Source: Eledone cirrhosa
Lineage: Eukaryota
DNA: 64,000 nt
Direction of reading: 5' to 3'
Assembly (NCBI GenBank): GCA_964016885.1
Contig: OZ024747.1
Location: forward strand, 58,094,001-58,158,000
Below, piece after piece: positions 27,922-41,819 of the stretch (position 1 is its first letter; each line of letters opens with the position of its first letter). The position numbers were made by a program, and so were the translations under genes. The notes below the pieces were generated by a model. That model saw only the letters and a program-made list of their open reading frames with translations, was not told the origin of the DNA and ran no database searches.

Positions 27922-29249
27922 GTAATGTGTATGTGTGTAACACTTCTTATATTAGCAGGTACCATGGGTTTGCCATGATTTACACACATGCACACCAGAA
28001 AAACTTATACATGCACTTATATACTAATATTATACTGTGTAATCTATGCAAGCAAAGCGAAATATAATTACCTATATTTACGCCCAACCACAACACATCA
28101 ACGCCTTTACAATCAAGCATAAAGAATGATATGTCAGTGGACTTGATGTGTGTGTAAACGTTACATATATATGTTCATTTATGTGAATGTCTTGCACAAT
28201 GAATACGTATAGGCATCGTTATATCTCTTCTGCATTAAATACATGTTTATATCTAGAGTAGACATTATAAGAATTAACAAGTATATATAATGATGTTAAT
28301 GGTCTGAATGTTGGTAGTTATAGTGTTTGACTTAATGTGAAAAAGTAGATAAGAAGAATATATTTAACGGTATATGTAAGGAAATATAAATATACACAGG
28401 TTATGAGACTAGGCTTCACAGCATCTGCCTTTACAAAAGTATATATTTGTTTTGTTTTATCTTTTCCGTCGCTAAATATTAAATGATCGAAGTCTAATAT
28501 TTTTATGAAAATTGTTCACGTGTAAAACTAAACTCTTGCTATAAATGTGTGTTTGTGTGAGTATTCGACCTACGTCAGTTGTAACGACGAGTGTTACAAA
28601 TGACTCTATCGATGCTGTAACCTGTTCTTAAAATTAACTTGCAAATAGCTAAGCATTCTGCAGACATCTGTGCCCGTATTGTGAAGGTGTGATATTTAGT
28701 CTGCAATATAAGATGAAGAACATTACCTTGACCGCACGTCTACAGTGTTTCCCTACTAAATTCACTCAGAAAGTTTTTCCCACCTCCATGCTATGCTGGA
28801 GGTAATATTCTCTAAATTAATCCTCCTTGAAACTGAACCAGTACATGGATCGTAACAAAATGAACCTCTTAACCATACAACTGTATCACATACATACACA
28901 CAAATCATTAGGTGATTAATATATTAGCGGAACTAAAGGTGTTAGTTTAAAGCAGGTATGTTGAGGATTTTGACGGTTTGGTGTAATACAAATAATTCTT
29001 TGGTGTGAGAGAAATACATATTTTACCTCCTTTGTTTTCTGTATTTGCTGTTTAATGGCGGTAAAATATTCTACGAGATTAGAATAGGAAATTAGACGGA
29101 CTATTGTTCTTAATTAGTCTCTGGAGAGTCACGTCAAACTCATCTTGGTTAATGACACACCAGTCATAACTGTATCGAATCTTTGATTCATATTTTATTG
29201 AGAACTAGCTAATGACTCGGTAGAATCGTTCTAAAAAGTATATAACGAC

Positions 29250-29435
29250 TCCTCCCTGGACAGAACGCCAGTCCATTACAGGGTTAAACCCAGGACTATT
29301 GCTGGTACTCTTTTTTTCTTTTCAACTGAGTATACTGTAGCAACCTGAAATGAAGTGTTTTGCTCAAGAGAACAAAACGCAACCCAGCCCAGTAATCTAA
29401 CCCACGAAATTACGACTAGGCCAGGCGCCTCCATG
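29250..29435 (-). mobile_element. SINE S2 (V-domain-like)
   Basis: CCCTGGACAGAACGCCAGTCCATTACAGG..TGAAATGAAGTGTTTTGCTCAAG is the reverse complement of ~60630-60740. Confidence 0.75.
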
Positions 29436-30390
29436 GTAGAGTCGTTAGAACGCAATATTGAATAATTTGCTGTATTTCATCTGGCTTACAATACAATCAT
29501 TTCAAATCCTGCTGTATACAACTTTGCATTTCATCCATTCGTGGTCAATAAAGTACAACTCCAACGTGATAGATTGGCATACTTGGTAGAAGGGTAAGCG
29601 AGATAACTTTGCACATCCACTGCATATCACCGACATTATTTTTGGTGGAGAATAGAATTTGACATATCTCCGTCGTACCAATGAACAAGTGAACCACGCA
29701 CCAGACGAGAATAAACATTGTATGTATAGTACATTGTCATGGAATAGATCATTTTCTTCTACTCATAAGTATAGAGATTATTCTAAGAATGTTTGGCTCA
29801 CATTTCATTCAAGTCGAATTAAGATGGTCACGACTAACACAATATTTATATATTGGCATTCCGAGTATCTGGAAACCAAATCAACGGCATATGAAATACC
29901 TAAATTAAAGAAGACACACGATCTCTCCATATAACATTCGGGCGTTTTTACTAAATCCAAACTTGAACTTTACAATAATAGGTATCTGGTCGTATATAAC
30001 AGCTGCTACAATTAAGATTTACCAAAAATACGCAAGCTTCTTCCTCATTGGTATGACCACATACTGTATGAGAATAGTTCTGAACCCAGTGGGAGTGTAT
30101 TATATGATATGACATCTAAAGCCACGAATGTTTATTACATAATATACACCATCAATACAAACACAAGTCACTAGTGTGAATTCCTTTGAAGTTGTAGGAA
30201 GGTTCTGTTGTTTCGGCAACACATTGCACCCTTTTGTTTACATAGTTCTATGTTACATTGGGAGTTCATTACTATAAGTAAAATTTCCTCTTCTACATAT
30301 GAGAGATGTAATGGGATACCTACACAGAAACAAACATGTACGCCGTTTTCTGCCTGTCAATCAATATATACACACGCACACACACACACA

Positions 30391-30454
<64 letters not shown>

Positions 30455-30809
30455 ACACATGCATATATACACATACATACATAAATATGTATATACATAC
30501 ACGCATATATATTTATATATATATATATATATATATACAGTGTATATATATATATATATATACACTGTGTGTGTATATTTATATATATATATATATATAC
30601 AGTCATGTTTGCAATTTTCAGTTGAAAATTGCAAACTTGACTGTCACCACCGAATATGAACCTGAAGATTGCGAAAGTATGAAAGTACTTGTTCAATTAA
30701 CACTTACAATTTAATATTCTACCATACTATATCATTATAATATCATTATCATTTTAAAGGATTGTAAATAAAACGAGTAAATCAGACAAAGTTGGAATTC
30801 CTTTTATTA

Positions 30810-30847
<38 letters not shown>

Positions 30848-30937
30848 GTATGTAAAAGGTAAACAGAAATAACAACACAATAGGTACAGGATGTGGAAGA
30901 TATATATTAGGTTAACGCTTGATATAGCAGGAAAGGG

Positions 30938-30976
30938 TCTTAACGGCGTTTCGGACAGTAGTTCTTCATCAGAAGA
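30938..30976 (-). ncRNA. minimal type I hammerhead (family C) in a PLE-type terminal repeat (~30800-31100)
   Basis: Minus strand: TCTT CTGATGA AGAAC-TACT-GTCC GAAA C-GCC-G TT AAGA; stem I UCUU/AAGA. Confidence 0.6.
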
Positions 30977-31109
30977 AAAATGAGAAATAAAATAGATTAA
31001 GGAGACGAGCGGGATGGAATTGGAAAAAATGTCTTTGGCGACACCATTAGCTAAGATCTTTCTCTCCCTTATTATGAAGCATTCCCCCAGCACATAAATA
31101 TAATAACAT

Positions 31110-32320
31110 TTTTAATAGAAATACCATTAAAAGGAATATGACGTCACTTTTAGCTTATATCTGGAGTCTAAAAGACAACCACATCCAATATAGGTTACAC
31201 TGGGAGATCCTAGCTAAGGCTAGATCGTATAACGGAAATAAAAGACCATGCGACCTCTGCGCCGCTGAAGCCCTGGAAATACTCTACCCCAATGACCACA
31301 TCTAAAATAAAAGAAATCTGATGCAATTTCGGCTTGTAAACATAAATTGCGCAAAACGTTCCTACATATTACAGCCCCACATTATATCCTAACGGATAGT
31401 ACGAACTATACGCAGATAATCTACGTCTTGGTGTGGTAGCTTAGTATATTTCATGTGTATACCATTGCTTATTTGTATAGGTAAGTATATATTACCTGTA
31501 CGTTTTGTGAAGGTACGTATACATTCGCGTACGTATATTTGCTTGTGTTTGTTATGGGCGTATATATTATATCATATATACAGGTACATGTGTATATGCT
31601 TATGTGTATACGTCAGTTCTGCGTTTGTGTGTATGTCTACTTTGTGTTTTGGTTGTACGTTTAGCGAACATATGTTTATTATGGCGGGTGTGTTCACGTA
31701 TGTATGTGTATGTACGAATATGGATACGTGCATGTATATATTTAATTATTGTTGATTTCAATAACCTCTGTAATTCTTTTACATTATTTTAAACTCTGAA
31801 GCCGAGAATTATTCGTTTTCTTAAATAGAACTTTAGTCTATGACTTCATTTATACAATAAACGTGGTTTTGTCTTTGCATGTATTTATTCTCACGCTCCA
31901 CATAATGACTTATTATCTTCGTTTTTTCCGTTCTTTTCCAGGGAACGTTTCCACGAACCACCTAAATAGAATATTAGTCTAGGACTTCATTTATACCATA
32001 AACGTGGTTTTGTCTTTGCGTGTAATTGTTCTCACCGATGCAAATAACGACGTATTACGTTGGTTTTTTTTCGTTCTTTGCCTGGGAACGTCTCCAGGAA
32101 CAAAAGTATCGTCTTCCTGTCTTCCTCCGGTTGCAACGTTTTTCGAAATATTTTCTTCTGCGTTCATCGATAGATTTTTTTTAGTTTCAGAAGATCCTGT
32201 TAAGGGTGAGTGAAAGCAGCGATTCTTTTCTTAAACTTTAATCTGTTATTTTAATAAATATTTGCTCTAGGGTTCTTAACGAGCTCTCTTTGGATTTTAG
32301 TCTTCAAATTTTATATTATT
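31110..32320 (+). mobile_element. 5'-truncated second PLE: GIY-YIG C-terminal remnant, AT-rich 3' region with 141-bp duplication, family B terminal repeat
   Basis: 31155-31300 reads YIWSLKDNHIQYRLHWEILAKARSYNGNKRPCDLCAAEALEIL, aligning with HIWDLQDNNITYNLTWSLLSKANSYTGGRRPCNLCSEVTLQML at 8850-8975. Duplication at 31820/31961; mutated HHR (CAGAAGA) at 32188. Linkage of all parts into one element is inferred. Confidence 0.65.
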
Positions 32321-32322
32321 AC

Positions 32323-32384
<62 letters not shown>

Positions 32385-32785
32385 TATAATATATATATAT
32401 ATAATTATATATATATATATATATGCATATATATGTATATATATATACATATATATATAAAAGTATATATGTATATATATATGTATATATATATACATAT
32501 ATATATGTATATATATATGTATATATATATATATATATACATATATATATGTATATATATATGTATATATATAAATATGTATATATATATGTATATATAT
32601 ATACATATATATATATGTATATATGTATATGTATGTATATTTATATACATATATATTTATATATAGGTATATATATATATATATATGAAGTAATTCCGTC
32701 GGAATTCTGATGATTGAAAGCAAAATTTGTATGCTTTCAAGAAACCACTGGTAAATGAAATAATTGCCTTATGTTGTTTATTACA

Positions 32786-32825
<40 letters not shown>

Positions 32826-32906
32826 GAGTAATAATATAAAATTTGAAGACTAAAATTAAAAGAGAGAATACATATATATGTATATATATGTATATACATA
32901 TGTATG

Positions 32907-32938
<32 letters not shown>

Positions 32939-32939
32939 T

Positions 32940-34075
32940 AAATTAATATTTGATGAACATTTACATGTTATAGTTGCAATTGACTAATAAGATCGCTAGA
33001 GTGAAAAATCTTAATTCAACAACATAAGGTCTGCCTGTACGATCTAGAAAATAATAAATCAATACTCACAGACTCATATGGGCAAAAAGCCTTGGTAACT
33101 AGAGACGTTTAAAATTCAAAATACAAACTTTTTCCGCAGATCGGTCAGAACTTCAAACTTCAAACATGTTTCACAAAGGATGGTATAATAGTAAAATAAT
33201 TAACTAATTAGCAGTGAGTTAATCAACTTTTTCTGTGTTTATCAATAGGCACCCAGATAAAAATAAAATAACTCAACTTTAGAGAAATATCTTTTTGCCC
33301 ATATGAGTCTGTGAGTATTGATTTATTATTTTCTAGATCGTACAGGCAGACCTTATGTTGTTGAATTAAGATTTTTCACTCTAGCGATCTTATTAGTCAA
33401 TTGCAACTATAACATGTAAATGTTTATCAAATATTAATTTATACTGCTCAGAAGCAATTCCTAGAGCTGAAATGATTGTAAATGACCTCTCTGAGTCTAA
33501 ACTCTAAGCTATTTATCACTGCTCCCCAAGGTGAGCTGAATTTTGTAATCCCATACAAACGGCTGTTATTTCTAGCACTATGTGTGGGACGTTAGAGGAC
33601 TGGAATAAGCCGTGTGCAAAACCTCGTGTATTTTCGCTACGCTAACCAGACCTTAGATATTTCTCTAAGGTTGAGTTATTTTATTTTTATCTGGGTGCCT
33701 ATTGATAAACACAGAAAAAGTTGATTAACTCACTGCTAATTAGTTAATTATTTTACTATTATACCATCCTTTGTGAAACATGTTTGAAGTTTGAAGTTCT
33801 GACTGATCTGCGGAAAAAGTTTGTATTTTGAATTTTAAACGTGTCTAGGTACCAAGGCTTTTTGCCCATATGAGTCTGTGAGTATTGATTTATTATTTTC
33901 TAGATCGTACAGGCAGACCTTATGTTGTTGAATTAAGATTTTTCACTCTAGCGATCTTATTAGTCAATTGCAACTATAACATGTAAATGTTCATCAAATA
34001 TTACTTTATACTGCTCAGAAGCAATTCCTAGAGCTGAAATGATTGTAAATGACCTCTCTGAGTCTAAACTCTAAG

Positions 34076-34079
<4 letters not shown>
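32940..34079 (+). mobile_element. non-coding element with PLE architecture (inverted arm + 567-bp-spaced direct repeats)
   Basis: 32940-33291 is the reverse complement of ~33656-34005; 33292-33512 repeats almost identically at 33859-34079; flanked by (TA)n. Confidence 0.8.
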
Positions 34080-34121
<42 letters not shown>

Positions 34122-34125
<4 letters not shown>

Positions 34126-34425
34126 GGAAAACATTAAAATTCTATTTTTCACTCTTAGTACGGCTGATACTTAAATATAAGTATGTATACGTACATACAT
34201 ATATGTATACAGTAGTATGTATATACATACATACTTGCACCCGTATATGGTATCGATGGTTGCTGAACACTGTAAGGTTACTAATTCGGGTTGTTTGTTT
34301 GCAAACAAACCGAGCATTATAGTAAATGTTCGGTAAACCCAGAAGTACATATATATATATGTCTGCATGTATGTTTGTATATACATAGTACTGTACATAT
34401 ATGTATGTACGTATAAATACTTATA
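34122..34425 (-). mobile_element. diverged palindromic relic of the 467-bp retrozyme family
   Basis: TTTCACTCTTAGTACGGCTGATACTTAAATATAAGTATGTATACGTACATACATATATGTATACAGTAG resembles 60881-60965; inverted arms ~34170-34225 and ~34345-34423. Confidence 0.6.
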
Positions 34426-34429
34426 TATA

Positions 34430-34454
34430 TATATATAAATGAAAAAAAAATTAC

Positions 34455-34486
<32 letters not shown>

Positions 34487-34551
34487 ATACATGTATTTAT
34501 ATATAGATATATATAGATATATGTATATATAAATATGTATATATATATATG

Positions 34552-34596
<45 letters not shown>

Positions 34597-34955
34597 GTAT
34601 AAATATATGTATGTATATATGTATCTATATATGAATATATGTATAAATATATATATGTATATATGTATCTATATATGGATATATATATATATATATATAT
34701 GGATATATATATGTTTATATATATATATATATGTGTATGTATATATATATATGTTTATATATATATATATATGTGTATGTATATATATATATATGTTTAT
34801 ATATATATATATATGTGTATGTATATATATATATATGTTTATATATATATATATGTGTGTATATATATATATATGTATATATATATATTTATATATTTGT
34901 ACATATATGTATATATATGTATATATATATATCTATATATATATGTATATATATG

Positions 34956-35004
<49 letters not shown>

Positions 35005-35005
35005 G

Positions 35006-35036
<31 letters not shown>

Positions 35037-35037
35037 G

Positions 35038-35068
<31 letters not shown>

Positions 35069-35099
35069 GTATATATATATGTATATATATATATGTATA

Positions 35100-35144
<45 letters not shown>

Positions 35145-35231
35145 GTATATATATATGTATATATATATGTGTATATATATATGTATATATATATATGTAT
35201 ATATATGTATATATATATATGTATATATATG

Positions 35232-35264
<33 letters not shown>

Positions 35265-35930
35265 TTATATATATATATATGTATATATATGTATATATAT
35301 ATGTATATATATGTATATATATATGTATATATATATGTATATGTATATATATATGTATATATATATGTATATATATATGTATATGTATATGTATATATAT
35401 ATGTATATGTATATATATATGTATATATATATGTATATATATATGTACATATGTATGTGGATATGTATATGTATATGTATATATGTATGTATATATATGT
35501 ATATATATGTATATATATATGTATATATATGTATATATATATGTGTATATATATATGTATATATATATGTGTATATATATATGTATATATATATGTGTAT
35601 ATATATATGTATATATATATGTGTATATATATATGTATATATATGTATATATATATGTGTATATATATATGTGTATATATATATGTGTATATATATATGT
35701 GTATATATATATGTGTATATATATATGTATATATATATATGTGTATATATATATGTATATATATATATGTGTATATATATATGTATATATATATGTGTAT
35801 ATATATATGTATATATATATGTGTATATATATATGTGTATATATATATGTATATATATATATATGTAAATATATATATATATATATATATATGTAAATAT
35901 ATATGTATATATATATATATATGTATATAT
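34430..35930. repeat. 1.5-kb degenerate (TA)n/(TATATATG)n tract
   Basis: Read directly from the sequence; it is the source of the long spurious YI/YM ORFs. Confidence 0.95.
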
Positions 35931-36341
35931 GGATATGCAGTTGAGCATTTGAAGTATAAGGACGTGTTTTTACTTCTCTCCCCGAGTAAGCAGCAAGTCA
36001 CACAGCCACAAAACAAAACCACAAAACAAAACAAAACCAAACAAACAAAAATTGACCGGTTAATACATTTACATACATCTATATTATTATATATTTGAAA
36101 CCACGTGTTTTCCAACTTGTGAGTACATTTTCCTTTAACTACAAATTATTATTATATACTTTCGTCTTTTCATTAATTTAATTAATTTCAAATAACCAGA
36201 ATATACATATATATATATATACTCATATTTATATGTATACTCTTCTCACTCACACACAAGAAAAACAAAAATCAAAAAAAAATAAAAAAAAATATATATA
36301 TATTGAAATACTTAACTAAAACAGACACACTCAAAACTAGA

Positions 36342-36878
36342 ATGGCTAACCAGCAAAAATCCAAACAGAACTGGTCTGATAATGAAATCGACATTCTAAT
36401 AAACACATGGCATTGCCTTACCCAAACAGAAGACATAGATGCTTCATGTCTGAACGACATTGCTAAACGTACAGTTCAACTTTTGAAAACTCGAGCTGAA
36501 CAACAGATTCAAAATAAATTAAAGCAAATCGAAATTGCTTTTAAATTAATCAATAAACATTTGGATAAACTACGGTGTGTTTTTTCTTCGAATGCTGTCC
36601 AGCAGCAACAACAACAACAGCAGCTACAACGGCAACAACAACAACAGCTACAACAACAACAGCAACAACAACATCAACGGCAACAACAACAACGACAGCA
36701 ACAACAACAACGACAGCAACAACAACAGTGTGAACCACTCCTTGATTCATCAACAATGGCCGATCTACTAAATGAAATTATTGACCTCCCAGTAGCCTCT
36801 GTCTCACAGCAGGAAACGCCACATCTTTCTCTGGCCCAGCAGTCCAATCATCACCACTGCCAACATCTTCTTCTCTGC

Positions 36879-36912
<34 letters not shown>

Positions 36913-37534
36913 ATCTTTGGCTACTGCTATCTCAAGGAATTTACCTTCTAATACCAGTACAAGAACTCTCCCTCCCACAGTCCACAAAGGTCGTCAAATC
37001 CTACTCAAACCATCATCTACACCTCTCACAACACACACACCCACATACCCACCCACTCGAAACCCCATCATTTGCCGCTACTCTCTACGCTATAGAATAT
37101 GTACGGATAGTGGCTGCAAATTCACCCATTTATCTAGGACAAAACGATCTATCCCCACAAACAGCCACCACCATAATACATACTCTAATTTAACACCAAC
37201 ACAACCACCAATAGCTCAAACAAGGAATCCACAAATCTGCCGCTTTTCCCTGCGAGACAGATTGTGTTTAGACCGGGATTGTCCCTTTACCCATCTCCCG
37301 GGGACCCGTCGGACAAATGAAAATAAAATTAAAAATAAAAGCAAAAACAAAAACCATAACCTACATAAAAATAACCACTACCACAGTCACCAACAGTCTT
37401 CTAAACAGGAAAATTCTTCCTCTTTTTTAGCCATAATAAATCATGCAAAAGAACTGGAAAAAAACATTCGAGCTATCACCCAGCACCACCCTCCACTATC
37501 ACCCCACTGCACAAACTCCCATTGCTGCCATTAA
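36342..37534 (+). CDS. LINE ORF1 (Myb/SANT-like N-terminus, polyQ, poly-Thr, two CCCH-type zinc fingers), split by a -1 frame change at ~36785-36880
   Basis: ATG 36342 MANQQKSKQNWSDNEIDILINTW and Q-rich tract; the second frame has CRYSLRYRICTDSGCKFTH and CRFSLRDRLCLDRDCPFTH (C-x8-C-x4-C-x3-H). Confidence 0.7.
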
Positions 37535-40533
37535 CAAACAAACAAATTAACAACACACCAAAACAATTAAAACCATCCACTCTCGCCTCTACATTTTTGC
37601 TTAACGCCCAAGGCATCAGCCCTTCCACCAATACTCAAAAATGGAAGATCAAATTCCTGGAGGACTGGATTGATGTCCATCCAAACCACATCCCTTTCTT
37701 CGTCCTCACTGAAACCCATCTCAGTAACCTCGACTTGGAAGCCGAGGTGAAAGTGAAAAATTTCAAAGCCATCCGTGCTGATCGCGCTGGCAGAAGAAAG
37801 GGCGGGACTGTCATTTATGTCCATAATTCTTTCTCAACAGAGGCTATGAACATATTCACTAATGGATACTGTGAAGCAGTCACTGTATTCAGTCAAACCA
37901 GCAACCTAATAGTAGTTGGGCTCTATAGGCCACCCCAAACGCCTGTACCATGCTTCAAGGAATGCCTCAACAGCATAAAGTGTTTTATCCAAGAGTGTCA
38001 CCCTGACAACATCTTAATGATGGGGGACTTCAACCTCCCCGGAGTTGACTGGTCCACAAACAGCCTGCCACCAGGTTCTTCTGCCTCAACCTCTGACAGG
38101 GAAGTAGTGGAATCGCTTCTTGACTTCATGGATGATTTCTTCCTATCCCAACTGGTGCTCGAACCAACGAGGTGCCACAAAAACGTCCTAGACTTAATTT
38201 TCAGCAATCACACTGACAATATCCACAATATTGCAGTGGAGAAAACTCTACTCTCTGATCATGACATGGTTCTCTGTGATCTGAGATTCCACCGTCCAAT
38301 ATACAAACCCAATGTCATCTCTCCTGTCCATCCGTTTGACGCTATGGATTTCCACAATGCAAACTGGGAAGCGATCAGTCATGATCTTGCACATGTCGAC
38401 TGGTCCTTCACGCACACTCATACACCCACTAACATCAAAAAGTCCTGGCAGACATTTGTGGACACTGTTACAAACATATGTGCAAAACACACCCCATTAA
38501 GAACTATAAACAAATCTAAGAGCAGAATCCCTAGAAATAGAAAAACGCTCATCAGAAAAATTAAGAGAACGAACAAAAAAATCAACAAGCTGAAATACTG
38601 TCAGCAGCAACACATCAACTTGACTGCCATTTCATCACTAGAGATTAAAAAACATAACCTCCAAAACAACATAATGTCCCTCATCAACAATCAGAGAAGA
38701 GCTGAAGAGGCCTGGGCTATTGAGAAGATCAAACTCAATCCCAAAGTGTTCTTTTCATTTGCAAAAAAACACAAAATCACTGGCTCTACTGTTGGCCCTC
38801 TAATTGATGAAAATGGCACTCTTCAAGACAATGCTAAAACCAAGGGTGAGATACTGCAGAAACAATACTGCTCTGTTTTCAACAATCCTGATATGGCCGA
38901 TCTGAGCTGTATCGGCGATGTTACTCCCCATTACACCTTATCGGACATAACGTTTGGCGCCCCTGATGTCTTAGCGGCAATAAAGGAAATCAAGCATAAT
39001 TCAGCAGTAGGTCCCGATATGTTCCCTGCTTGTGTCTTGAAGGCGTGTCAACACCAACTTGCATCTGCTCTTGCCAATCTGTGGCGGAACTCACTGGATG
39101 CTGGATATGTGCCAGAAAACCTTCTATCCCAGTCTGTTGTCCCAGTTTTCAAAAAGGGAAACAAATCCCTTGCCGTGAATTACCGTCCAATCTCACTCAC
39201 CTCTCATATCATTAAGGTATTTGAGAGAGTGGTGAGATCGCGAATGACCCACTTCCTTGAGAGTAACAATATGCTGAACTCCAACCAGCATGGATTCCGT
39301 AATGGAAGGGATTGCCTGACGCAGCTACTGCATCACTTTGATGACATTTTGAGAGCCTTGGGAGAGGGTTCCAACACTGATGTTATCTACCTTGATTTCA
39401 GCAATGCCTTTGATCATAACATTCTACTGAGAAAGCTGTCCAATATTGGTGTCACTGGAAAGCTGCTGCAGTGGATCAAGAGCTTCCTGTCAAATAGAAC
39501 CCAACATGTTGTAGTTGAAGGAGTCAAATCCAGCCCAGCCAAAGTCAGTAGTGGGGTCCCACAAGGCACTGTGTTGGGCCCACTTCTCTTCATCATCTAT
39601 TTTAATGACATCACTGACATCATCAAACACAGCAACATTAAAATTTTCGCTGATGATTCCAAGCTCCAAAAGGTCATCAATGGCGTGGATGACCGGATAA
39701 GCCTTCAGTCAGACCTACTGGCTGTTACCCAATGGGCGGAAAAGAACAACATGTTACTGAACGAAGACAAATTCGAACTGATCCACTTTGGAAAAGAGGA
39801 TGCTCTGAAACTCCCGTACTCCCTTCCCTCCGGGGAAACTCTCGTGGCATCTAACAACATCAGAGACTTGGGAGTAACCGTGGACAGCAACATAAGCTGG
39901 GCCACGCATATAAGCAGCAAAGTTGACATGGCCCGCAGAATGTGTTCCTGGATCCTCAGAACCTTCCAGTCGAGAGATTCCCACACCATTATCCTTCTCT
40001 TCTCTACTTTTGCCCGACCACACCTTGAATACTGTTGTCCACTGTGGTCTCCCCACACGAAACAAAGTATCATGAAACTTGAAGCTCCTCAAAGGGCAAT
40101 CACGAAAAAGATAGATGGCATGTCAGACCTTGACTACTGGGGTCGACTAGAAAACCTGAAACTTTACTCACTCCAACGTCGCCGTGAGCGTTATATTATC
40201 TGCATGATGTGGAAAATGTTCCATCATCACTGCCCAAATGATGTTGGCATCGCCTTCAAGATACACCCAAGGCTTGGGCCCCGTGCTATCCGTCCCATTC
40301 AAAAATCTAAATCGCAACTCATAACAACAATACGGCACAATTATTTCACCTCAATCGGCCCTGCTCTCTTCAACATCACACCAGGACATGTCAAAACAGA
40401 AACTGACCACACAAAATTCAAGAAGTCTTTGGACAAATTCCTCCAAGTAATCCCGGACAAACCACCCACACCCGGATATGTCTCCGCAAACAGTAATTCT
40501 CTTCTCGAATATGCCATGGTGCCCAAATCCTGA
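37405..40533 (+). CDS. LINE ORF2: AP endonuclease + reverse transcriptase (stop-to-stop; no ATG before the APE motifs)
   Basis: APE motifs LNAQG, LTETHL, GLYRPP, MGDFN, LDLIF, SDH; RT motifs [40 protein letters not shown]; C-terminal [10 protein letters not shown] typical of the CR1/L2 group. Uninterrupted for more than 1000 codons. Confidence 0.93.
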   Translation, partial: TGKFFLFFSHNKSCKRTGKKHSSYHPAPPSTITPLHKLPLLPLTNKQINNTPKQLKPSTLASTFLLNAQGISPSTNTQKWKIKFLEDWIDVHPNHIPFFVLTETHLSNLDLEAEVKVKNFKAIRADRAGRRKGGTVIYVHNSFSTEAMNIFTNGYCEAVTVFSQTSNLIVVGLYRPPQTPVPCFKECLNSIKCFIQECHPDNILMMGDFNLPGVDWSTNSLPPGSSASTSDREVVESLLDFMDDFFLSQLVLEPTRCHKNVLDLIFSNHTDNIHNIAVEKTLLSDHDMVLCDLRFHRPIYKPNVISPVHPFDAMDFHNANWEAISHDLAHVDWSFTHTHTPTNIKKSWQTFVDTVTNICAKHTPLRTINKSKSRIPRNRKTLIRKIKRTNKKINKLKYCQQQHINLTAISSLEIKKHNLQNNIMSLINNQRRAEEAWAIEKIKLNPKVFFSFAKKHKITGSTVGPLIDENGTLQDNAKTKGEILQKQYCSVFNNPDMADLSCIGDVTPHYTLSDITFGAPDVLAAIKEIKHNSAVGPDMFPACVLKACQHQLASALANLWRNSLDAGYVPENLLSQSVVPVFKKGNKSLAVNYRPISLTSHIIKVFERVVRSRMTHFLESNNMLNSNQHGFRNGRDCLTQLLHHFDDILRALGEGSNTDVIYLDFSNAFDHNILLRKLSNIGVTGKLLQWIKSFLSNRTQHVVVEGVKSSPAKVSSGVPQGTVLGPLLFIIYFNDITDIIKHSNIKIFADDSKLQKVINGVDDRISLQSDLLAVTQWAEKNNMLLNEDKFELIHFGKEDALKLPYSLPSGETLVASNNIRDLGVTVDSNISWATHISSKVDMARRMCSWILRTFQSRDSHTIILLFSTFARPHLEYCCPLWSPHTKQSIMKLEAPQRAITKKIDGMSDLDYWGRLENLKLYSLQRRRERYIICMMWKMFHHHCPNDVGIAFKIHPRLGPRAIRPIQKSKSQLITTIRHNYFTSIGPALFNITPGHVKTETDHTKFKKSLDKFLQVIPDKPPTPGYVSANSNSLLEYAMVPKS

Positions 40534-40620
40534 ATTGAAAGACTTCGCCAGGTGGTGCTATTAAGTTAGACATGGCCTGGGCCAATACTAGCCAAAACAT
40601 TTCAAAGTTATTCAAAGTTA

Positions 40621-41540
<920 letters not shown>

Positions 41541-41755
41541 TATGTGCGCGTGTGTGACACTGCTAGCAAATGGATATGGAGAAATGCATGCAGGAGAGTA
41601 AATATCAAAGACTGTTTGTTTTACTTCTCTGATACACTGCCTCAAAGAAACTCTCTATCTTGCTTGTTTATTTCTTTAAGATCTTGCCTTTTTAGTAGCT
41701 CATCCTCATTTTTATCACGCACCGGTATTTATGCATTCATACACTCCTATATACA

Positions 41756-41819
<64 letters not shown>

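Larger units (their letters stand above)
35937..40620 (+). mobile_element. near full-length CR1/L2-group LINE inserted in TA-rich satellite
   Basis: 5' UTR, ORF1, APE-RT ORF2 and a short 3' UTR ending in (TTCAAAGTTA)2 at 40601-40620. Both flanks are (TA)n-like. The 5' boundary is approximate. Confidence 0.92.

Noticed and set aside
33482-33540. Possible SECIS-like ATGA..AAA..TGAG
   Set aside because: The intervening helix pairs poorly and there is no upstream selenoprotein ORF.
34535-36115. Long ORFs (up to 455 aa) of Y/I/M/C/V, and similar ORFs at 4937, 16650, 23393, 32322, 40572 and 59574
   Set aside because: They are translations of (TA)n/(CA)n/(TG)n microsatellites, which lack stop codons by composition.
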